Positions 50,248 to 57,419 of a DNA stretch of 57,542 bases are shown here, piece by piece. Source of the DNA: Candidatus Anderseniibacteriota bacterium (GTDB lineage: Bacteria; Patescibacteriota; Andersenbacteria; UBA10190); assembly GCA_021414205.1 (NCBI GenBank), contig JAIOOW010000002.1, forward strand, positions 155,520 through 213,061. The letters are read 5' to 3'. A program made the position numbers and the translations under genes. The notes below the pieces were generated by a model. It was not told the DNA's origin. It worked only from the letters and a program-made list of their open reading frames with translations, and did no database searches. Position 1 is the stretch's first letter, and each line of letters starts with the position of its first letter.

Positions 50248-51243
50248 TTATAATTCTTCAATAAACACAGATAGCTTCTCACTTATTTCTTTCTCATCTT
50301 CGCTTAATTGCAACGAGAATGATGGCACACGCTGTACGAGCTCAGCCAATACCGCAAACGAATCATTGTGCGTATCTTCCGGCAGTAGTTGAAATATCGT
50401 ACTGGGTGCTAATGCGAGCAGAGCATGCGCAGAATGTATCCTGCGCCAAGATGTTTCTTGAGCATGCGCAATAACGGGCAACACTATTGCACGCACTTCC
50501 AACTGTTGTGCGATTTTTCCGCTATATGCTTCGTGTAAAAACATCACTTCTTTTTCCCCGATAACTTCCAAGTCATGATGTTTAATTTTTGCGGAACTGT
50601 ACAAGCTGATCGCAGTTGGGACTGGGTCCATTTTTAATAACACATAATCATCGCTCGCATACACAAGATCATCTTGATGCACAACAGCAAGAGCCGTGCT
50701 CGTTTTTCCGCTCCCCCCTTTGCCCACAAGCACTATTCCTTTTTTATCTTTTCCGATGCTTGCCCCGTGTATCAAACTCAAGCCATGGCGCTGAAAAAAC
50801 CAATGGAAAATGATGCGAAACGGCACAGCGACTTCATACCAAGGAATGCGCGTATCATCTTCTACCCAAAATACCGCCCGCTTGTTCATACCATCAAAAA
50901 AAGAAAGGGTCGGCATACTTTCATTCACCCCCGGATTTACCATACACATCATTTGCTCTGTTTGGAGTCGTTGAACTTGGTCTCCAAATGAATGCTTGGG
51001 CCAATCAAAAAATTCTATTCGAGCACCGGAATGTAGCTCTATACGCAAATCGACCGCACCTTCGCTAGGCGCTGCAACATGCGCCAACGCTCTCGTCATA
51101 TTGATAAGAAAATCCTCAGATCCTGACACAACCTCTATACGCAAACCATCCACTTCAAATAGCCGCGAATGCAGGCGCGATAGCTGTTTATAAAAAAATT
51201 CTTGCTCCAATCTCTCAATAAACTCGTCCGAGTCAGCACTCAT
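50248..51243 (-). CDS. HPr-kinase-related P-loop kinase (lasso-peptide-kinase-like)
   Basis: LIHGAS, VGKGGSGKTST (Walker A), YASDD, AL..LAPSTIFQL. Confidence 0.82.
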   Translation of the reverse strand: MSADSDEFIERLEQEFFYKQLSRLHSRLFEVDGLRIEVVSGSEDFLINMTRALAHVAAPSEGAVDLRIELHSGARIEFFDWPKHSFGDQVQRLQTEQMMCMVNPGVNESMPTLSFFDGMNKRAVFWVEDDTRIPWYEVAVPFRIIFHWFFQRHGLSLIHGASIGKDKKGIVLVGKGGSGKTSTALAVVHQDDLVYASDDYVLLKMDPVPTAISLYSSAKIKHHDLEVIGEKEVMFLHEAYSGKIAQQLEVRAIVLPVIAHAQETSWRRIHSAHALLALAPSTIFQLLPEDTHNDSFAVLAELVQRVPSFSLQLSEDEKEISEKLSVFIEEL

Positions 51244-51252
51244 ATGCGAGCA

Positions 51253-51690
51253 TCACTTCACTTCCTGCATCGGCCAACTACCCTCACCCACATCATGAAT
51301 TGGATCAAGTAATAGCAACTCTCTCATGTCTTCATGCTTTTTAAGTGCTGGCTCTTCGTAATCTGTATCCGTTTCCGCAGATTGCTGCATAATTGCAGAC
51401 GCAGCATTATCGCCATTACTTGCGCGAATAAGCCCTTCTTGTACCAACCGTACAATAAAAGCACCCACATCCCGCTCAGCACGCTTTTCATCAATACTGT
51501 ATCGCCTACGTATTTCAGAATATATTATCTGCTCACTTAGCCCTTGCTCCAGATATTCCCAAATAACTGCCCCCGTACGATTCGCATGGTAATAACATCC
51601 GCTTTCCAAATGAATAGCAACAAGCTCCCCATCTATCACTTCGGCTACCACGCTTGGCTTACACACAGCATATATTGCGGAATCTGACAT
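51253..51690 (-). CDS. PqqD/RRE-domain protein with a C-terminal leader-plus-core-like tail
   Basis: VVAEVIDGELVAIHLESGCYYHANRTGAVIWEYL...FIVRLVQEGLI (PqqD fold) followed by YEEPALKKHEDMRELLLLDPIHDVGEGSWP. Confidence 0.88.
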   Translation of the reverse strand: MSDSAIYAVCKPSVVAEVIDGELVAIHLESGCYYHANRTGAVIWEYLEQGLSEQIIYSEIRRRYSIDEKRAERDVGAFIVRLVQEGLIRASNGDNAASAIMQQSAETDTDYEEPALKKHEDMRELLLLDPIHDVGEGSWPMQEVK

Positions 51691-51772
51691 AGTAAGAAAA
51701 AGCATACAAGACCCAGGTTCTGCAGACAAGCAATCCAGCGACCCCTCCGCTCTCGCAATAATACAGTATGTA

Positions 51773-52003
51773 TTACTTTAAATGACTGGCAAGAAATCCA
51801 AACGCGCTACCCAGCAATGGCAAACTCGTAAGCTTATTGAGCACAACTACAACAATCGTTACAATTATGCCCGCACCAATAGCAGTACCAAAACCAGTAG
51901 CAATTCCCCGGACAAACGTAGCATGCCACTGCATACTTTTATTCAGCTTGCGCACTTGGTTCGTAAGGGCGTCTAATTCTTTTGTTCGAGATGAATCATT
52001 CAT
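51773..52003 (-). CDS. DUF5665-like small membrane protein
   Basis: FVRGIATGFGTAIGAGII...L..LPLLG pattern. Confidence 0.7.
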   Translation of the reverse strand: MNDSSRTKELDALTNQVRKLNKSMQWHATFVRGIATGFGTAIGAGIIVTIVVVVLNKLTSLPLLGSAFGFLASHLK

Positions 52004-52197
52004 ATAGTCAATTTTCTGCGTATTTCGTTCAACGCCTCAGCATCCGATTTTCCCTCCCCTTTTACGGCTCGATCATCTTTTGTAAATAGCCAAAACGTAT
52101 ATAGCTCTCCATTCAAGCGATAATCATTATGAACGGCTACCATCCACCCCGCTGCGCGAATGTCATCGGGAACACTAGCATTAACCGCAGTCTTCAT
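52000..52197 (-). CDS. Small hypothetical protein
   Basis: 65-aa ORF with a 4-nt overlap into the next gene and a protein-like composition. Confidence 0.65.
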   Translation of the reverse strand: MKTAVNASVPDDIRAAGWMVAVHNDYRLNGELYTFWLFTKDDRAVKGEGKSDAEALNEIRRKLTI

Positions 52198-52358
52198 ACA
52201 TCCACACTACTTCCCCTCCGCACTCCTTGCAACAAAACCGCGCTACTCATATTCAAAATAAAAAATAGCACCCATTGACAAAAAAGTGATTTTAAGGACA
52301 AAATAGCCGTAGTTCTCTCACCAATTCAATTCATGTCTCCAACATAAAGGAAGACGCC

Positions 52359-53069
52359 ATGCCTGTACCCGAATGGTGTGTTGAAAATCCACCGAAGAAT
52401 CTTGTTTGCAGCGAATGTGGCCAGGGATGGAACGTTTTGGGGTCAGGCCCCGACCTGGACCACGTAATGTCCCACGAAACAACGCGAGAAATCGGCCTCG
52501 ATCGATTTGTCGGAAAAAGCATTCGCACCGTTTTAACTGGAAGTTTCAATCGTCGTATCGATGGACTCTATGGGATGGACCCCTTTTGGCACATCACGAA
52601 TGAACTCCTTATTCCTGACGGGAAGTATACCCGCAAGGGAAAAGAAGGCGGCATTTGCCTTGATTACGTCGTTCAAAAAGGCGACGTCGGAGTTTTCAAG
52701 ATCGTGCGCTTCGCCCACTTTACGTGCAATCGCACTCGACTCACAGCAGAAGGCCGGAACAGCTTCGACGAGATGTTTCACAAAGCCGGATTCACTCAAA
52801 AATGGTTTCAAGCAATCCCTCACGGACATTTTCCAACAGTTACCGCAATGAAGGACTGGCCTTGGTACATCGCGCACACGGAAGTCGGTCCCATTCGCGT
52901 TGGATGGCAAGCTCGCGTTCTCAACATCAACTGGGAGCAAATAACTCCAAAGCGAGACCTCGAGCATCTTTTCACTGAAAACGTTACGAAGATGCCGCAC
53001 GAGGCCCACGCAAATGACACGGCCCAAGGAATCGAATTCTTGCGCCGCATCAGAGAAGCGCTTGCATAA
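52359..53069 (+). CDS. Hypothetical protein, possibly phage-derived
   Basis: Own TTGACA promoter region, AAAGGA SD and terminator; CxxC near the N-terminus; PW....T..G.I..GW..RV.NI.W motif. Confidence 0.7.
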   Translation: MPVPEWCVENPPKNLVCSECGQGWNVLGSGPDLDHVMSHETTREIGLDRFVGKSIRTVLTGSFNRRIDGLYGMDPFWHITNELLIPDGKYTRKGKEGGICLDYVVQKGDVGVFKIVRFAHFTCNRTRLTAEGRNSFDEMFHKAGFTQKWFQAIPHGHFPTVTAMKDWPWYIAHTEVGPIRVGWQARVLNINWEQITPKRDLEHLFTENVTKMPHEAHANDTAQGIEFLRRIREALA

Positions 53070-53093
53070 CACGCGCCCTGCAGACACAACTAC

Positions 53094-53130
53094 GTCGACC
53101 CGCTCACATAAGTAGGTCGACTTTTTATTT
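53094..53130 (+). terminator. Intrinsic terminator
   Basis: GTCGACC...GGTCGAC followed by TTTTTATTT. Confidence 0.7.
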
Positions 53131-53187
53131 TCCAAAGAAAAAATAGGCGGGTATTGACTTTATCTGGGAATATATAATACTAGCTAG

Positions 53188-53317
53188 GCCGAGAGAGGTC
53201 GTAGTAAGCGCACAAGTTCGAGCACAAGCTCTTACCTGAAGGACGTGGTACCATCGTTTCACATACCATAGCCCACGCATTGCGCCACACTACTTCTCTC
53301 GGCTTTTTCTTTTATTT
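53188..53317 (+). ncRNA. Candidate structured ncRNA
   Basis: Closing helix GCCGAGAGAG..GTAGT / ACTAC.TTCTCTCGGC, internal GCGCA/TGCGC, GAGC/GCTC and CGTGG/CCACG pairings, TATAAT about 10 nt upstream and a T-tract downstream. Confidence 0.55.
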
Positions 53318-53332
53318 ACGTACGCAGCACAA

Positions 53333-53363
53333 AAAACAGCTCGCTTGATGTGCGAGCTGTTTT
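53333..53363. terminator. Intrinsic terminator, mainly for the minus-strand gene
   Basis: AAAACAGCTCGC-ttgatgt-GCGAGCTGTTTT. Confidence 0.8.
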
Positions 53364-53381
53364 CCTTTTTTAACTTCCTTA

Positions 53382-54158
53382 TTACTTAATAATAACAAGC
53401 TTTGCAGTTACGTTGCTATTCGTGTTATTCCACACCCCGTATACCCGCACGCTCGATCCGGCTGTTATGCTAGAGAACGAAACGACCGCTCCTTTGTGCT
53501 TGTAGATTGTTGAGCTATTCGTATTAATAGTCTGCACTCCTCGATGATTGCTTTGAAGTGCAAAACTTGATCCGCTCACTGATTGCACCGTTCCATCGAA
53601 CTGACCATGGCGCGCCTGAAGAGAAAGATCCTTAATTGTTGTTGCCGTAATGCTCGTGCTCGTAGGAATTACTCCCTGTACTTGCAATACGTCTCCGATT
53701 TGCATATCAGAAACTTTCATCGAAGCATTAAATCTTCGAATAGTTTTTACATTGCTCGCATCAACAGAATACGTCGTGCCTTTTGAAAGCAAACTAATTG
53801 TGGTTCCATTTATTCCAGTAATTGTTCCGGTAACCCAGCCTCTTTTTGTGGCGTTAATGATTATCGTCTCGGCTGCTACATTTTTATTCGTTTTGTCCCA
53901 AACTCCCTTTATAGTCATTTGATCTCCAACCATGATATCTGAGAACGTCTCTGTTTTACCCTTCATAGTAATCACGGTACCGCTCGACACATTAATAGTC
54001 TGCTGATAACGATTCTTGGTTTGCAATATAAAACTATCCGTTCCGATAGATTGCACGAACCCCGAGAAAGTACCCGTGGTTGTACTTGCAAAAGCAGCTG
54101 TTGGCAACACAAGCGCTAAGGCTAATGCAACAACTAAACTTTTTACGTATGCGTGCAT
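53382..54158 (-). CDS. Secreted protein with three DUF5666-like repeats
   Basis: Signal peptide; three repeats of G.V.SI.G..F.L......TI......T..........I.VG..V.V.G.W.......A..I. Confidence 0.8.
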   Translation of the reverse strand: MHAYVKSLVVALALALVLPTAAFASTTTGTFSGFVQSIGTDSFILQTKNRYQQTINVSSGTVITMKGKTETFSDIMVGDQMTIKGVWDKTNKNVAAETIIINATKRGWVTGTITGINGTTISLLSKGTTYSVDASNVKTIRRFNASMKVSDMQIGDVLQVQGVIPTSTSITATTIKDLSLQARHGQFDGTVQSVSGSSFALQSNHRGVQTINTNSSTIYKHKGAVVSFSSITAGSSVRVYGVWNNTNSNVTAKLVIIK

Positions 54159-54317
54159 AGAGATATTTTTTACGAATAAATTATATATACCAGATGGGTA
54201 TTTATATATTGAGCATACCTTCGGATGCAAAATAGTTCATGAGCATTTTATGAAGATATAAAAAAAGTCCGATTGAAGAGAGTAACCCTTCGCACGGACT
54301 TACAAAGAACATTGTTT

Positions 54318-54644
54318 TTACGCTGGTGCGGTGACCGGAACAACTGCATTAACTGCTCGAAACCCGATGAACGCAGTAGCAATTGAAAGGATCGCCACAA
54401 GCGCCATCAAGATGAACACCATTCTGGACGGACGCAATTTGGCGTTCTGCGAGAACATTCCAAACAGTGAACCGAACAAGGCGAAGCCCGAGATGAAAAT
54501 AATCGCCATCAAACAGAAGTTTGCGGCTACCACGTTTGAACTCGCGATAACGAGGTCGCCATCGTACGAACAAGAATTAACCTGAACGAATGCTTGAACG
54601 ACGCCAACTGGATCTTCGAAAACGCTCGGAACTGGTGCGGGCAT
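54318..54644 (-). CDS. Small hypothetical membrane protein (2 TM)
   Basis: Two hydrophobic helices; AGAAAGGGG SD. Confidence 0.6.
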   Translation of the reverse strand: MPAPVPSVFEDPVGVVQAFVQVNSCSYDGDLVIASSNVVAANFCLMAIIFISGFALFGSLFGMFSQNAKLRPSRMVFILMALVAILSIATAFIGFRAVNAVVPVTAPA

Positions 54645-54933
54645 AGTGCCCCTTTCTTACTAAATTTTTCGTTTCAACCCCACAATTGGCAATCAACAAA
54701 AAAGATCGCTGACCGCCAAATACGGGGCTGAAAACTCGTTTTTATGTGAAACGGGCAAGAGTTACTGATTTAAATCAATATACTCATATATTGTATTTTT
54801 GTCAAGTTATCGGAAAAAAGATTTTTGGGCAAAAATAGAGAAATTGCCTGTTAGAATCGAATATCTTATAGTGACATGTTAAGCATATTTGCTTGGCTAG
54901 TAATTTGCTCTCTCCAACACAAGGAACGGAAAC

Positions 54934-55587
54934 ATGCCCACTGCCCTTTTTTCTACGTACAACAAGGCTGGAGTTGTTGAATTTGCGAAGTCCCTCCATA
55001 GGCTTGGCTGGAAGATCATTGCATCTGGCGGTACCGCCAAAGCAATTTCCGATGCACATATCCCAGTCACGGACATTGCAACCGTTGTCGGCGAACCCAT
55101 TCTCGGTCATCGCGTTGTCACGCTATCCAGAGAAGTGCATGCGGGGCTGCTCGCTCAAAGAACACCTGAGGACAGAGCAGAGCTCGAACGCCTCGGAATC
55201 GACTTCATCGACTTGGTGTACGTCAATTTGTATCCACTCGTCGAAGAGATCGGGAAATCGGAAGCAACAATCGAAACGGTCACAGAAAAAACAGACATCG
55301 ATGGCCCGACAATGCTTCGATCTGCGGCAAAGGGAAGACGCTTCGTCATCACGAACCAAGACGCGGCAACGGCTGTATTACAACATCTGGAAAGCAACGG
55401 CGGCTTACCTATCGAAGATGACGAACTCCTTCAAACACTCGCTGCTAGCGCCGAACAGTTGGTTGCGACCTACTGCCTCGCATCCGCAATCGCTCTTACA
55501 CCTAACGTGACCAACAGAAGAAGGCTACTGAGTACGGCATACCATCAGATAACGGGGAGTGTTCTGCACATAGGCTTTAATAAATAA
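54934..55587 (+). CDS. purH: Stand-alone PurH N-terminal (IMP cyclohydrolase/MGS-like) domain
   Basis: ALFSTYNK.G.VEFA..L...GWKIIASGGT, VTLSR.VHAGLL, IDLVYVNLYP, DIDGPTMLRSAAK; no AICAR transformylase half. Confidence 0.8.
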   Translation: MPTALFSTYNKAGVVEFAKSLHRLGWKIIASGGTAKAISDAHIPVTDIATVVGEPILGHRVVTLSREVHAGLLAQRTPEDRAELERLGIDFIDLVYVNLYPLVEEIGKSEATIETVTEKTDIDGPTMLRSAAKGRRFVITNQDAATAVLQHLESNGGLPIEDDELLQTLAASAEQLVATYCLASAIALTPNVTNRRRLLSTAYHQITGSVLHIGFNK

Positions 55588-55620
55588 TCCGCTCAAGCCT
55601 TGTTGATCAACAATTTAACA

Positions 55621-55651
55621 TGCCGCCGATGCGCTATCGGTGGTATTTTTT
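55621..55651 (+). terminator. Intrinsic terminator
   Basis: TGCCGCCGAT-gcgct-ATCGGTGGTA followed by a T-run. Confidence 0.75.
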
Positions 55652-55666
55652 ACTTAATATAAAAAT

Positions 55667-55705
55667 AGTGAACATCGCTCGATACCGTTGGAACAGTTTG
55701 CGAAT
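55667..55705. repeat. 39-bp intergenic repeat, copy A
   Basis: AGTGAACATCGCTCGATACCGTTGGAACAGTTTGCGAAT; 34/39 identical to copy C. Confidence 0.85.
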
Positions 55706-55786
55706 GGAGGTCACAGAGATAAGATTGTTATTTGAATAAAAAAAGCCCGAGCATAGAAATGAATCTTACTCGGGCAAATGCCCACA

Positions 55787-56443
55787 CTACGAAAGTAACC
55801 AGACAGCCGTTACTACTACCCAGCTTATTTCGTTTGAAGTTTCGCTGATTGCGAGCCACACTCGATTGCGATCCCACCCTGCCTCTCGAACCATCAGATA
55901 TACTTGCCCCACGCGAATTGAGATGGTGAGGTGTCCGATAAAAATCGCAAGTCCTGGAATTCCACTTCCTCCTTCCACAAAGATCTTCCATGCCAGAAAT
56001 ATATTCGGAGTGAATTTGTAAGTCATGGCGAGAAGTCCTTTCATTGCCGGATCGAGAATTGTTTTCTCTTTCCAGTAACAAATCTGCACAAGAATAGTCG
56101 TGAGCACGCACACGACGATTACAATGCTAGTATCTTGCACACTCCATCGATAATGTCCGTTCACAAGGATAGCTCCCACAACCATAAGAGTAAGAACACC
56201 CCACGTGCCGTACGTGATCATGGCTTGTACCGTGAGTCGTGTGGGACATGCACGATGAGCAGCAATGCCCAACCAAATATGAAACCCGCAGTGCAACACC
56301 GATAAACCAAATACAGCAATGCTGATCCCGTGGACATCAGCAAGCGAACGGACAATCTGTGAACTGCAAGAGAGAATGGCTCCAGTAATTTGGATGGCAA
56401 ACAACATATCTGCCACTCGCCTACTTGTAGCAAAAGAAGACAT
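55787..56443 (-). CDS. Hypothetical multi-TM membrane protein (PQ-loop/SWEET-like duplication possible)
   Basis: About 6-7 TM in two similar halves (SQI......HGIS / PNI......SGIP); CAGAAAGGCGC SD. Confidence 0.7.
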   Translation of the reverse strand: MSSFATSRRVADMLFAIQITGAILSCSSQIVRSLADVHGISIAVFGLSVLHCGFHIWLGIAAHRACPTRLTVQAMITYGTWGVLTLMVVGAILVNGHYRWSVQDTSIVIVVCVLTTILVQICYWKEKTILDPAMKGLLAMTYKFTPNIFLAWKIFVEGGSGIPGLAIFIGHLTISIRVGQVYLMVREAGWDRNRVWLAISETSNEISWVVVTAVWLLS

Positions 56444-56522
56444 GATATGCGCCTTTCTGTATAACTATTGAATTGTTGAAGAGCGAATAAGAATTTAGCC
56501 TACTTCTTTAATTGCGTCAACG

Positions 56523-56546
56523 GTGGACATCGCTCGATGAGGTTGG
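56523..56546. repeat. Partial copy B of the 39-bp repeat
   Basis: GTGGACATCGCTCGATGAGGTTGG; 20/24 identical to copy A. Confidence 0.65.
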
Positions 56547-56555
56547 TTTTTGGAT

Positions 56556-56581
56556 AAAAAAGACTCGTATTGGAACGAGTC
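56556..56581 (-). terminator. Intrinsic terminator after the AAA kinase gene
   Basis: GACTCGT-attgga-ACGAGTC with an A-run on the plus strand (U-tract on the minus strand). Confidence 0.75.
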
Positions 56582-57136
56582 TCATAGAACAACAAACTCA
56601 GGGAACAGTTCAAGTTGTTCTGGATTGATGCGCCTAACAGTATCAAACCTTTTTCCTTCCCTCACGTCAGCAGCAAGAGAGTGAAAGAGTTTATAGTTCC
56701 TACCACAGAAGTATTCCTTTAGCTCTCGATACGATGGATTTAATTGGTCTTTATATTCTCTCTTTATAAACCAACACACAGCTGTTTCAATTGAAGTCAA
56801 AAAGTACAGCCCAATTACTCGATCTGCGCCACATTCTCGTAGCTTACGAAGCATCCAATCCCGATGACGTTCATCAGGAGTCCAGCAATCAAGAAGTATT
56901 GTTGTGTCAGAAGAATCTGATTCAAGTGCTTCTTTTATCATACCAAGAAGCTTATCCATAACATATATCCCGGCACCACTGTAGGAATCACACCACCCAT
57001 TCTTACCACCACACAACTCGTCAATGAGCTTGTCTCGACTCAAAAGAATGATATCAGGATGAGCAACAATAGCTCTTTCACAAAACGTTGACTTACCAGC
57101 ACCTTGAGGCCCGATGGTCATGAATACGGTTTTCAT
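56582..57136 (-). CDS. AAA_33 / polynucleotide-kinase-like P-loop protein
   Basis: MTIGPQGAGKSTF, LSRD, ILLDCW (Walker B-like); CAGAAAGGCGC SD. Confidence 0.8.
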   Translation of the reverse strand: MKTVFMTIGPQGAGKSTFCERAIVAHPDIILLSRDKLIDELCGGKNGWCDSYSGAGIYVMDKLLGMIKEALESDSSDTTILLDCWTPDERHRDWMLRKLRECGADRVIGLYFLTSIETAVCWFIKREYKDQLNPSYRELKEYFCGRNYKLFHSLAADVREGKRFDTVRRINPEQLELFPEFVVL

Positions 57137-57274
57137 ATTTCGCGCCTTTCTGAATAAAAGAACATTCCGAACAAGAAACGTACGCATACACTAGCACAAA
57201 CATAGAAATACGCCAAAAACATTCAAAACAAGGAGAAGTTTTGTTCCCCGGTTCCTGCAGGACGACAGAACAAA

Positions 57275-57313
57275 AGTGAACATCGCCCGATACCATTGGA
57301 ACACGTTGCAAAT
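57275..57313. repeat. 39-bp intergenic repeat, copy C
   Basis: AGTGAACATCGCCCGATACCATTGGAACACGTTGCAAAT; AAGTGAAC pairs with GTTCACTT at 57319-57326. Confidence 0.85.
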
Positions 57314-57419
57314 ATTAAGTTCACTTATTACTTCTTGTCATTTATAAAAATAACAAGTATAGTCTGCTGTTTGCCCTTTGCCAATTCAACCCGTTCTCGT
57401 TGTAAAAAGGAATATACGC

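Noticed and set aside
52533-53135. 200-aa antisense ORF over the 52359-53069 gene
   Set aside because: No SD or recognisable motif; the plus-strand gene has the promoter, SD and terminator. Treated as a shadow ORF.
52202-53296. 12-bp direct repeat CCACACTACTTC flanking the 52359 gene (possible att or TSD)
   Set aside because: Many 12-mer repeats are expected by chance in 57 kb; there is no integrase, and one copy is part of an RNA stem.
54737-54753. parS-like sequence GTTTTTATGTGAAACG
   Set aside because: About five mismatches to TGTTTCACGTGAAACA and not palindromic.
54840-54933. ZTP (pfl) riboswitch ahead of purH
   Set aside because: No conserved pfl motif or pseudoknot is visible in this AT-rich leader.
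54893-55510. 205-aa alternative-frame ORF overlapping the purH domain
   Set aside because: S/R/L-rich, non-protein-like composition; the purH frame carries the motifs and the SD.
55667-57313. 39-bp repeats as a CRISPR array or integron attC sites
   Set aside because: Spacing is ~750-860 bp with whole genes between copies, there are no cas genes or integrase in the window, and R''/R' boxes do not fit.
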